From Fistulifera solaris (Eukaryota): 64,000 nucleotides of DNA. The notes under the pieces were generated by a model. It made no database searches. It had not been told where the DNA came from and worked only from the letters and a program-made list of their open reading frames with translations. How positions within the stretch are numbered: position 1 is the stretch's first letter; every line of letters starts with the position of its first letter. Made by a program: the position numbers and the translations under genes. Positions 33,579 through 45,921 of the stretch are shown here, one piece after another. The stretch is from the NCBI GenBank assembly GCA_030295235.1, contig AP026176.1:186001-250000 (forward strand). Direction: 5' to 3'.

Positions 33579-34585
33579 TTCAGTTTGACTGTGTCGTTCG
33601 AAACAAAAAGGCAGAGTTAGACCCCTTAGGCTTCCGATTCCAATGGTGAAGAATACAACAATCAAGATTGTCATCGTCGTCTTTCCCTTTGGTCCGCAAA
33701 CGAACGCCCTCGTGTCGTAGCAGTATTGAAGTCGGCTTTTGGCTTTTGCATTTTGCAAATGGTAGCGAATGACAGACGGCGGACGGCGGACGCTACACTA
33801 TGCAGTCATTCTGTAGGGTTTGTGTAGTGACGTACGAAGTTCCAAATCTTAGCGAAGCCCCAACTTGACGTAAAGCTCTTATTGTACAGATCGATGTCAT
33901 TCCTTGGTACTCTTGAGTATGCATAATGTTCTAAGTGACACTCGAATTCAGCGTACCGGTATTCAGCTCGGTAAGTAAGTAGCATTTCGCCGGTTCGCCG
34001 CAATCTGCTTCGCGGTGGAGAAAGATGCAAGATTGGCACTGTACAGTAGAGGCTTATATGGAGAAATGTGTGGCGGTGGTACAGAATGGAACGAACGAGA
34101 AGTTTTCCAGCCATTTCTGTAGGACGCAGTATTTGTCCTACGTGCTTTCAAAGGAACGTGGTGTCAAATGTCAAAAACAGCCGCGCCCCAAAAGAGTTCA
34201 TTTGGCACAAAAACACAAAAAAAGACCTTGGTACTTTCCTCTATTTGTTGTCGCGTACTTTTCAGTGTCAACTTCTATCATCTCTTCTCTCTTCTTATCA
34301 TTTTCATCGATCTACAACGTCGAAAGTAAAGTAAGTAATTATGGTGTTGGTGGGTTGAAATGGATCAGAAGGGATTGTTGGAAGACACCGACGATGATGA
34401 TCACAACATCATTATGATCACCTTGCTTGGATGCTGCGATCACGATGAAACGAGGGAATAACACCGCATGACTTGTCGTTTGCTTTTTAGACGCATCCAG
34501 CGGGAAGCATTTCGTGCTCGTTCTACATCCCGCTTCGTTCGTTCAGTGAGCATCATGCATTATCTAACGCATCGTTATGAAAGAC

Positions 34586-35835
34586 ATGGCGGAATACAAC
34601 AACTACGAAGACCCATCGAACGATGACCTTATGCGGGCGCCGCGAAGGTTCAAAACTGCCTTTATCTTCTTTTCTTCGGCTCGTCACAAAGAGATGAAAG
34701 AAGAATTGGCTTCGGAAGGAAAAGCAGAAAAGGTGCGTTTCTGGAGATAGTAGCTCATCGGCGGCATGTGTCTCATTGTAGCTCACGCAATGCCTCTCTC
34801 TTTCGTTTGTTGCGTACCTTCCTTCGAATGCCCTGACAATTCGTTTTAAACAGACTACGACGATTGCGAAGGCTCTTTCGAAAGAATGGCGTGAAATGTC
34901 TCCAGCCGACCGCGCCGTTTGGGAAGCCAAATCAAAGATTGACAAGGATCGCTATGATGCGGAAATGGCCACCTTCAAGCAGCACCAGAAGCTTCATAAC
35001 ACGGTACCGGCCAAAAAGGCCAAGAAAGATCCCAGTGCACCCAAGCGACCCATGTCGGCTTTTCTGGCGTTCTCGAATCAACGTCGTGCGGCGCTCAAGC
35101 GTAAGAATCCGGATGCCACCAACGCGGATCTTTCCAAAATGTTGAGTGTCGCTTGGAAAGAAGCCACGGACGAGTTCAAGGCGGAATTCGTTGAAGAAGA
35201 AGCCCGATTGCGTGCACAATACAAGATTGATATTCTGGCGTGGCGCAAAAGAAGTCGGACGAAATCCGTTCCACCATTGGAGGAAACAGGAAAGCCATGC
35301 AGACGGCCTACAAGCCGGATCCATCGACGCGCGTGAAAAAGGAGCCGCTCCGCTGCAGCAACAGCAGCCGCCGGCGGTGCCCAACAACAACAGTGCACTG
35401 AATAATGGCGGCATGTACGGTCTCGGTAATGTTACCGGCTTTGGTCATCAGCAGGGTATGCTGAATGGCATGGGCGGCAGTCAGTTCATGGGTAGCCACT
35501 TCGGACAGTTGCAACAACAGCAACCAGGATCGCAACAGTCGTTCTACAATGCGGGATTTCAAGGCAACGGTCTTCAGGGTAGTTCCTTTCAAGGCGCTAC
35601 CAATCCCGCCATGTACCAGGCCTTCCAGATGCATCCGCAGTTTGCCATGCAAACGCAACAGCACATGGGCGGAGGACCGATGAATCTGTACGGCGGACAG
35701 CAAGGTGGTATGCCACAGGGCAATTACAATTACGGTTTGATGGGATTCTCGTCGGGCTTTGATGCTTATGGTGGTGGAGCCGACAGCAATGCCATGTATC
35801 TTCATCAGCAGCAACATCCTCACGACGGACATTAA
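34586..35835 (+). CDS. Dual HMG-box protein with Q/G/M-rich C-terminus (HMG gene A)
   Basis: PRRFKTAFIFFS and KDPSAPKRPMSAFLAFS boxes; intron 34733-34853 with CTGAC branch point; frameshift after ~35250. Confidence 0.88.
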
Positions 35836-36413
35836 GTGATGCTCTGTGTCTTTTAACATTTCGAAGTCCTTGTTTTCGTCGTTCGACTTTTTATACAACT
35901 ACCAATAACATTAAAAGTACTTTTCTTCTATTATAACATTTTTTGATGGTATTTCTATTGTTGTTGACCCGAATTCTATCGTTAGCACGGCACAGGACTC
36001 GGCTACCTTTTTCGTGATGCCAAGTATGTTGCATACAAAGCTCATTAAGATGGACTACCATACCCCAGAATAAGCAACACACTAGGATAAGGTTTATGGA
36101 GATACATTTGTGGCTAGCATCGATGTTGATAATGATTCTTTATACATTAATCATTGAGAATAGGATTCGTCGCTATTTCTCAGTTAGTACTCTATACTCA
36201 AAGTGTAGAAGGAACATCACACGACTGGATGATTTGAGTCGTGAAAGGCCAGAGTGCGCGCTTTTGCATGGTTTGCATTTCTTTCGATGTTCGATCGAAT
36301 GAAGCTGTTCCTATCCTATTCTTTACCATGAAGACTTCTTTTTTGAGTCCTTTGCTTGATTCGTTGTGTCTTTTCGCTTCACTAGTCATTAGCGCTTGAG
36401 CCGAGCAACAATC

Positions 36414-38751
36414 ATGCAAGGTTTTTTGAATCGAGTCAAAGGCGGAAAGCCCGAGTCGTCGAAAGAATCATCCTCGTCTGCTGTTCTGCAATGGCCCGAA
36501 CAGGAACGAAAGTTGTTTTTCGTAAGTGTTTTGTTGCAAGTGACTGACTAGCTATCTGCAAAGGCATCTCATGATCTTATCCTCTTGACGCTATTCTTGT
36601 CGATAGGGTTGTTGGGCTACCGTGTTGATTGCGGCGAATCCTCTCTATTCTCTCGATTGCAACAAACGACGCACTACAGTATTGACGAGTTGGCTGGTCG
36701 CTTCTGCAAAAGCCTTGAGCTTGGATTCTGCCTTGACAGAAGCGTATATTCCCCTCCTTGCGGCCGATTCGATCCCTCCGAGTGATGTGAAACAACAATT
36801 GGCAGAATTCCGCGCGAAAATGGAACCTTATAGGGATGCCTTGTCGCAACCTCTCCAACAATTGTGTCACATGTGGATTCATTTGTTAGTCACCGTACCA
36901 GCAGGGTACGATGCACGGTTGCGGGTGGCTGTAAAAGTATTTGTTGTCTTGCTGTACTTGATGGAGCATTCAAAAGGTGTCGAGGGTTTGGAAGAGGCCA
37001 CCAACTCCTTTTTGGCACTGGAACAGTGTATCGCCCACTATTTACTCCTCTTTTTAGAACAACAACAAAAGAAGAAACAAGAAATGTTGCAAACTGCACA
37101 AAAGAAAGACTCTTCTTCGAAACTGATGCGTCAACTCAAAATTGGCGGAGCCGCGGTCGCCGCGGGAGGCTTGTTTGCGATTACCGGTGGTTTGGCCGCT
37201 CCGGGCATCGCCGCGGGCATTGCGGTGGTTGCGGGAGGTACCGCCATTGGGGCGACGGCGGCGGCCTTGTTTGCGAGTTCCTTGGTCGTGACGGCTTTGT
37301 TTGGAATTGGAGGTGGGACATTGGCGGCCTACAAAATGCAACGCCGAACGGGTGGTTTGACCGAATTTGAAATACAAAGAGAAGCCATCACGTCGGAATC
37401 GCATCTTTCGAGTGTCGTGGCGATATCGGGTTGGCTTCTGGAAGATTCTGATGTTCAGCGACCGTGGGGTGTGGTCCCTTCGAATCCTCCCATCCGTGAT
37501 AGGGTTCAATTATTGGAGCGCTTTTACTCGATGTATTGTCCGGAGCAGTTACCGAACGTCCAACAACATTTGGAACTGTATAAAGATCGAGAAGGCGAAC
37601 TGTGGGAATTGTTGGAATCAACGTATGAACGGAATCCGGATGCACCATTTCCGAGGCCTGGTCAGTCGACTAGAGTGAAAGCATCACGAGAACAGGAGCA
37701 AATGGTCCGAAGCACTTTTGCCGGTCTTGGATTGCTCACTCTCAATGATAGCAAAAAAATAAGTGCGGATCGTCAGGACGCCTTCTTAAAGCCGATTGCT
37801 TTTCCAATACCTTCGACTATGCCAGACGAAAACCAGGACTACAAGCCGCCGAAACATGTCTCGACGGCGTGGGACTACCACGAGGTTTACGGCGGTTTGG
37901 AGCTGTTCACAATCAAGTTTGAAAGCAAAGCTTTGAAGCAACTTTGCGACTCTGCTGGGAGGGCTGTCAGCACCATGATCAAAATGGAAGGAACGAAACA
38001 GGCCCTGAAATACACTGTCATGGCAACGCTTATGACAGCGGTTGCTTTGCCGTCACTATTATTGAAAGTTGCAAACATGATTGATGAAGAATGGACTGTT
38101 ATGTGTGAACGGGCCGACGAAGCTGGCGTAGAATTGGCTCGCGCCTTGCTCTATCATAAGGGAGGTAATCGTCCGGTGACTCTCGTTGGATATTCGTTCG
38201 GAGCGCGGATCATCTATGCTTGTGTCAGGGAGCTCGTTCGGTACCAAAAGCTATGGGAAGAATGGCAAAATAAGCAAGTTAAAACAGAACAAGGAGAGGG
38301 TACGGACGATGTAAAGACGAGGCCAGAAAGCGATGATTTTGCGTCGATGAGAGACCCCTCGAGCATTCTGGAAGATGTCATTTTCATGGGGCTGCCGAAG
38401 GCTTTTCGAGCTCACGAGTGGGAGCTGTTTCGGGGTGTAGTGGCCGGGCGACTCATCAATTGCTTTTCGCAGAAAGATATGATGCTGGGCTTGATGTTTC
38501 GATACAAGCGGCTAAACGTGGAAGGTGTCTGCGGAACAGGACCCGTATCTTCGGCAGGCATCGAGGACATTGATGTTTCCGATTTGGTGTCGGGGCATTC
38601 TGAATACTGTTTCTCAATCCGCGAAATATTGAAACGAGTTCGTTTCGGGCAACCGTTTCAATCTGCTTCGACCAAGTTCAGCAAAGTTGAAGATGAAATA
38701 CTAGCTAATGCTATTGATGAAACGCACACTTTAGATGAGGCAAGTGGCTGA
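36414..38751 (+). CDS. TMCO4: DUF726/TMCO4-like alpha/beta-hydrolase membrane protein
   Basis: ITGGLAAPGIAAG, RADEAGVELA, RPVTLVGYSFGARII, VVAGRLINCFS, DVSDLVSGHSEY. Exon 1 36414-36521, intron 36522-36606. Confidence 0.88.
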
Positions 38752-38937
38752 GCATGAATAGAATCGGATTTTGGTCACGAATCGATCCGAGTTTTTGGCC
38801 CAGAATAAGACGGGGGCCCCACCGATAACAAATGTAGCATAAGAATGTAAATGGCAATTAAGAGCGACGTTACTATTGTATTCGGCACATGCTTTATTTT
38901 ATAGGTGCTCAACAATATAGCTATAAATGCGACAACT

Positions 38938-40219
38938 TCATCGAAACCATCCATTGTTTGGAAATCCAGGGGGAAAAGTGAAGCCGCCGTTAGCCTGTTG
39001 ATTGAAAAAGGCATCCGCTGCTGCTTCGTTCCGCAGAATCTCGTCTCCAATTTGTGACTGCTGTAAGATGTTTTGTGCATTATTCGCAAGGAGACGCTGT
39101 GCCAGATTATGAATTCCTTGTTGTTGTTGCCCAGGATATCCGCTTCCTGCAAAAAAGCAAAACGAGTGAGTGAAATGGCTCACGATTTGCCATTCCTTTG
39201 AATTGGAAGTTAGAAACGTACCTGTTATCGAAGATGCTAGCTGTTGCTGAAGCTGGAATGATTGCTGATTGGCAAGCTGCTGCTCCAGACGAATTCTTTC
39301 CGAGAGGTTTTGCAATATCGCAGCATCAATACTATTCGATGCTCCATACACACGGTTATGAAGGGCGCCGAGTAAGTCCGAATTTGATGACGAATAGTTC
39401 GTTGCGTTTGGAAAGTAACTCATTTCTCCCTGATTTTGAATGTTCGCAAGCGATGCTAAGAGTGTGGACTGATCTTGCTTGCTCGTGACGCTGGCATTAG
39501 GCTCGATTGCAGATACGTTCGAAGGAGGTAGTTTGAGTGAATGACCAGTATCTTGCTTTTCTTCTGACACCGTTTTAGGTGCCGATGCTTTCGCTTCTTC
39601 CGCTTTCTTCTTTTCCAAACTACCGCATCCGTCTTGTATTTGGCGCGCAACTCGGCCTCTTCTTGAACGTATTCTTGCTTCATTTCAGGCGACAATTCTT
39701 TCCAAGCTTTGGAGAGCATCTTACTGAGATCAGCGTTTGTTGCAGTGGGATGTTCTCTTTTAACGAAGCGCGGCGTTTGTTGGAGAAAGCCAAAAAGGCC
39801 GACATGGGCCGACGAGGGGCATTGGGGTCTTTGACGTTTGTTTTAGAAAGCTTACGCGCGTGATTGTAAAGCTGCATCTCATGATCGTAGCGTTCTTTGT
39901 CTATCCGCGACTTTTCATTCCATACGGCTCTATCTTCTTCGGACATTTCTCTCCACTCTGTAGAGACCATCTTAGCTATGTTGGTAGTCTATCCTCCGGC
40001 GCAACAGAACCATGAAGAAGGGTAAGATTCCATAAACTAAACACTTCGAGTGATACGAATAGAGCTTACCTTCTCGGTCCTGCCCGCTCTTGCCAGTTCC
40101 TCTTTGATTTGCTTGTGCCTCTGTGAAGAGAAGAAGATGAATGCGGTTTTGAATCTACGGGGAGCAGTCAGCTCGCCTTCGACATCATGATGTGGCGTGA
40201 TTTGGTTGTTTGATGACAT
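38938..40219 (-). CDS. Dual HMG-box protein (HMG gene B), paralog of gene A
   Basis: Same two boxes; intron 39989-40069 at the same EK|TT position as in gene A; in-frame intron 39147-39221; frameshifts near 39755 and 39612. Confidence 0.85.
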
Positions 40220-41397
40220 TGCGCCGGTACGATTGGTCTATAATACGATAGAGGAATGAAAAGATATCAGCAAGAGAAGGAGCGATGATATACGTTTGAT
40301 AAGACTGATGGCTATCACACCATCGGCAAAACCTTTCTAAGGCAACACTCACTGTCGACTTTGAAAAATGATAGAAGAGACGATCGATCGTTGATATAGA
40401 GAGTTGTTTTTACGTCTGCGTTTTACGTTCGCATGAAATAAGAAATAAGAAAGCGTGGATGACGAACGATGGCGCTATGATGCTCTTCGCATTGTGACCA
40501 AGCCAACAACCGAAATATCGCAACGTCGAGGTGTTCGCGTCGGGCTGACAAAATGCATCAAAAACAAATGGGACACACGGAAGTGAGGCCTTTTATCACT
40601 GTTCCCAACTTCGACCGATGACGATACTGGGATACTGAGAGTGTAAATAGAGTTTCGCTTCCGGCAGCCAATCAAAGTGCGTATTGGACAAAGAATAAAA
40701 CCGTTATGAACAAATTTCCGCCTATCTCGAGAATAAGATTCTGAGTACTATGGATTGACCAGTGACCGCCAATCACCGTTTAACGAGAAAGTGACACCAG
40801 ACAAATTTGTTGGAGAAGGACGTTTGCTAGAGTTATTAGACACACTTTTGCTACTTCAATGCTGCCTGATAAGCACTTGGCACTTGGCACTTGGCACTTG
40901 GCATTCGGTTGTAAAGGCCATACCAGGTAGTCCATAGTGCACGTGCACTTTACCAGGGAGACACGGGAACGCACCTCTGCTTGGTACATTTTTCTACGCA
41001 AACCTACGTGAGTGTACACTTTTTCCCGAACCTTCCAGTAATCTTTAACACTCGACACTGTACCCTGTACCTCCGTATAACTTTAGGACAAAAGAGACTT
41101 TTCTACTTCTCGATAGATACACCAACTCGAAGCGTTTTTCGCCTCGCATAAAGTTGCATTAGTAATTTGTAGGAATTAGGAATACGGTACACGGTACAGT
41201 CAACTTACCGAATGCGAATTGCGAATGCGTCTGCTCAATCCCGAAAAACCAAACGATAACCGATAACCAACCAAAAAACCAACAACCAATAACCAATTCA
41301 TCAGAAGCTGTAGTTTCTTCTATGTTACTTGCTCCGACTCCGACGGTGAACAAAATTACTCCGCAATTCTCAGGCTTACGGGGTACGGGGTCCCAGT

Positions 41398-41703
41398 TAG
41401 ACATGTGACTCCCTCTAAAATTCTGTGGCAGTGAAGTGACTTCCAAGGCAAGCTCTCGGCAGTGAAGTGGAAGTGAAATCACTCCCGTGTCGCACTGAGT
41501 CTAGTATCTGCTAAACTGTACTCTTGTCAGTCACTTACTCTAGGGACTGCCTCAAGTGCACTAGGGTTTTGACTTCCTACGTAGCTTTACGTAGGTGTAG
41601 TACTTGGCAGTGAACCCTTTTGGCTTGGAAGTGAAGTGAAGTGGAAGTGAAATTTCCTTACGGCAGTGAAGTGGACGTCAGCAGTGCAGAAGTCACATGT
41701 CTA
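41398..41703. mobile_element. Non-autonomous hAT-type MITE, 306 bp
   Basis: Perfect 13-bp TIR TAGACATGTGACT (41398-41410 / 41691-41703); 8-bp TSD GTCCCAGT (41390-41397 and 41704-41711); internal GGCAGTGAAGTG/GAAGTG repeats. Confidence 0.9.
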
Positions 41704-43005
41704 GTCCCAGTACAAATGTTACAGGCAACAGGCAACAGGCATGGCATTTAGGATTTCGGAGTAGTAAAGTACTATCGATTTCTCGAAAGGGAACTTCAAG
41801 GTAAATCATTAGCAGACGTCAGACGGAGGAGGCAAGGAAGTTTCCTTGGGAGGAGGAGGGAGGAGGTGCCAGGTAACTGGTACAGTCTCACGTCTCACGT
41901 CACTTTGGTCTTTAGTCTCTATACTCTATACTCACGTCTCACGTCTCACGAATATTGTACGATGACAAATAATGAAGGAACCTCCACGAACACAAAAGAA
42001 GGTCAATAATTAGGAATGTCAGTACATTTTCCCTTCTGGCGTCAGACGTCAGACGCCAAATAATACTGTCAGCTGTCAGTTGTCAGTTGGCGTTCCGAAT
42101 CAGCCAACTTAATACCGGTAGGACTTTAGCTTAGATCTTTAGAGAAAAAATAATGGATAAGGCATAACCACTGGGCGAATGGACGAAGATCGGGAAATGA
42201 CTAAGGAATGGGCACGAAAGAGGTAAAGAGCTATCAAAGTGATTTTTATCTTTTCCCTTTTTTGTTCTGTTTGGGTTCGAGGCCGGAGTCGGGTTGATAG
42301 TTGATGGTTTGATTTGATCTGTGTCCGTATTCTTCTTTCTGTTAGTTGGAGTAAACTCGCTAACGTCAACATTTTCAATCTTAGTTCGCACTCGGCAACC
42401 TGTTCGTAAACGGGCTCTAGAGTTCCACCCTCAACTCCAAGGATACACAGGGCTTTGAAGACTCAAGACTCAAGATCTCAAGAGTCTATTGTCTGTCGTC
42501 TTCGAACTTCGAACCGACTCTACCTCCTGGTACAAAGTACGAACCGTTTCCAATTTCCAAGTTGTACGATTTTTCATCCTCTTGCGCTGTTCGCTGTTCC
42601 TTTTTTGCTAAGTATACTAAATTAGTTACGACTTCTAACAAGATTCTATGGCGTTTGGATTTGGCCCAGTGCCCAGTTTCATTTGAAATGTCGTACTTCT
42701 TCTTCAAATCTGAATCAGGTTGAAGTTCCAAATGCCAGTTGAAGTAGAAAAGGCCTTTGTACCTCGCGCTTTCGGTGAAACTGCAGAGTTATATCATTCA
42801 ACCTCTATCCTTAACGGTTATCTTCTTTTAGGTACCGGTATACCTACGGGTCACGGATCACGGCTGATTCACCTCTCTAAAACTAGTTTGAGAGAGTCTA
42901 GAGAGCTACCGTAGTCTAGCTTCAACTTATTAACGAGGTTATACTTCAAAACATGACGGATAGAAGGCTAAAGTTGTTGGACTGAAGTTTGAAATCTACT
43001 CAATT

Positions 43006-44658
43006 TCAAAATAGCGTCCAAAGAGTCAGCAACACTTGACACGCAGCAACTAGAAGGATATTATTTGTGAATTGTGATATAGCGGTTGACGGAGCATTAG
43101 TCGGAGGTGATTCTGTTGAAGTAGGAGAAGGTTCGCTCTCTGGGCCAACGAAACCGGCGGGGATTGCACAAAAGTGTATACATTTGAACAGTTAGTTTTC
43201 GGAGAAGGTTGGAAATAGACACAAAGTAGACCAACTCACAAAAACCTACGTACCCGATGGACTGCTCGCACTCGCATATTCAATCCGCAAAATTTTTGAT
43301 CCTCCATAGTTGTTGATATCGTGGGACCCATCGCTGGAGACAAGCAAACGACCACAGGCATCAAAGTCAACATCCACTGGACGAAACCCATCTGGCCATT
43401 GTGCTTCGGGACTATGAGATAGTAAATCTATCGGTGCTTTTCCCATCACGTCACCGTTTTCATCCATTTCAACATAGACAACACTGTAACCGACCGGCAC
43501 ATCACGGTTCCAACTACCGTGCATGGCAATAAAGGCGTATCCGTCCATTTCTTTGGGAAAGGCTACATTGGGAGGGCAGTCGGACGGCGTTTCTTCGTTG
43601 TATCGATAGAACGTAATTCCCAACGGTGCAGTGTGTGCCTGCATGGAGAGTTGCGAAGTCATATAGTTCGCACGACACTCTTCATCCGTCATCGAGTCCA
43701 GAAAGGTTGGCCAAGCCCAAACGGTATCTCGACCCATTCCCGGTGGTTGAGGCAAATTGAATTCTGTCCAACAATAAGGGTAGCCCCAGTGTTTGCCGGC
43801 GTCTTCGTCTTTGAATCGGTTCAATTCCTCGGCCTAGTAATAGTGTTACTCGTGAGCACAAAGATACCAGGTAACCATATAGCTGCCTAATTCAAGGGTA
43901 GCCGCGAGCTCAAAACAAAATCACATTCGACGAAAATCAGCACTACTCACCGGATTGTCATTGTGAATGTCACCCCCAAGATCATCTCGTATCAGATCGT
44001 CGGCACTATTCTCGACGCCCCATAACACCCCAAATCGATCGAACGCCAAACCGACCTCATTCCGCAGCCCGTCCGCAAAGACTTCCCCGTTTGTGAAATT
44101 CAACGGAAATAGACCGGCATTCGTAACATCGAATCGTCGAATCCGTGATCGAAAGGAATTGTCATCGATATTCTTGTTGGAACCGACCGAAACGTAGAGA
44201 CGCCCATCTGCATCGAAGGCCAATGTCCGTGTCGTATGACCGTAGGGTGCACCTCCATTTCCGTCGGCATTGATATTGTTGATGACTTCTTCAGCTTCGG
44301 ACGAGCCGACTTGCTCAGCGCCGCTGGTGTAGGGCCATCGATACACAATTTTATCATTACTGGCGTACAAATAGTCGTCGTGGATCGCGATACCGTGATT
44401 CAATTCCGTGGCCGTCACCAAGGTCGAGCGCGAGTCCGCAATTCCGTCACCGTCGCTATCAAAACACCGAATGACGCTGGAAGATCCGCGTTCGACGACC
44501 AAAAAGTCGGACGCTCCCAACGCTCGGATGCTCCGCGCTTGATCGATGACGATCGGCAGTGCATACGCACAAAATCCGGACGGTAACACGGCTTCCTCGA
44601 GTGATGGTAACAGTGAGCACATGTTCTTTCGTTTCAGTTGCTGCCTTAATTTGTGCAC
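43006..44658 (-). CDS. PQQ-dependent sugar dehydrogenase (glucose/sorbosone dehydrogenase, AA12-like) with GPI-type tail
   Basis: HTTRTL, GLRNEVG, WGVENSAD, DNPAEELN, YPYC, AHTAPLG, HGSWNR, RPVDV. Introns 43834-43950 and 43140-43253; last exon is a P/S/T stalk plus hydrophobic tail. Start codon uncertain. Confidence 0.85.
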
Positions 44659-45039
44659 TGGAATAATCGAAAGGAGGAAGGTCTATTCTATATGCGCGGA
44701 GTGCACGCGTTGCATCAAAGAAAATGAGGTGTTTCACGGTGGAGATTTTCGCGCTGACATTTTCGCGCGATCTTTTCGCGCGCAAAAGATTCTTTAACCC
44801 TATTCTTATCTGACATTGTCAAGGCGTCTTAGCATGGCAAGTAGGCTGACTTCCTTATTAAAGCGTCTGAGCACGACAACTAGGATGACTCCCTTAGCTA
44901 TTTTGCTTAAGGAGGTGTTCGATTGTCAATTTTTGATTTTGAAGAACCCGCAAAAGAAAGGCGATATGTCGATGAGAAAAAAGCCACCTTTCCTTTCTCG
45001 CAGACCACGCAACGATACTCTACACTTGGCTCTAAGGCC

Positions 45040-45525
45040 CTATAATGCCCACTCAGACAGGATCTCTTGTATCAGATCGTGTTTTCTTTTCCGAATCATT
45101 CGATTGCTATGTCCTAAGCTCTCTCCGACAGGAATTGGTGTATTGGCCATGTCCCACAAGGTCGCTTCTTCTCGTATCAACTCCTCCCGATCCATCGACA
45201 AGGCAACAAGCTCGTTTGTATCATCTTCCATCGACCAAGCCCAAGTAGTTGTCGCATCGTCATGAGTCTGTACGGATACTTGTATTGGTAGGAGAAACGA
45301 TTCGTCCTCGTCGTCGTCGATATTCTCCGCCAAATACTTTTCAATTAAATGACACCGTCGTGCCGTTTGTTGCAAACGATCGTTCCATGCGTTGGATGGT
45401 CCCAATACTGTCATGAGAATGCTACACACCAAGCGGAGGGAGCGCAGGTCGTTGGACGAAGCCACCAACGCATCGTAACAGTCACGCAATTGCTGTAGCG
45501 AGATGGGATTCGGAATACTCATCAT
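45040..45525 (-). CDS. Hypothetical protein
   Basis: 161-codon ORF with protein-like composition; no motif recognised. Confidence 0.5.
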   Translation of the reverse strand: MMSIPNPISLQQLRDCYDALVASSNDLRSLRLVCSILMTVLGPSNAWNDRLQQTARRCHLIEKYLAENIDDDEDESFLLPIQVSVQTHDDATTTWAWSMEDDTNELVALSMDREELIREEATLWDMANTPIPVGESLGHSNRMIRKRKHDLIQEILSEWAL

Positions 45526-45921
45526 TTGATCCGTTATTTTATGCAAGTCGTTGAAATGCGATAATAAAGGAAAGCAATGATAAGAGTATAATTAATACTT
45601 TCTGATTGTTTAATTGCTGTTCTCACGAAACAAAAAAATGCAAAAATAATGCCGAGTTCACTCGTGATCCATTTTGCGAGTCGCGATTGGGTGTCTTTGA
45701 CTTGACGCGGTGCGACCTCTGAAGTTCCTATGTACGAAACGCAGGCAGATCTTTTTGCTCTTTTTGCGGCGCAACAAAAAAATTAAAGACGACGACGATT
45801 TTTAAAACCTTAGAGTATTCAACATAAACTTTGTAGCGACCTTTCGATGCCCTTCCCATTTCTAAAAGGAAAGAAAGGCCTGAAGTACTGAGAGAGGACG
45901 GGGAAAGCTAGCTCAACAGCA

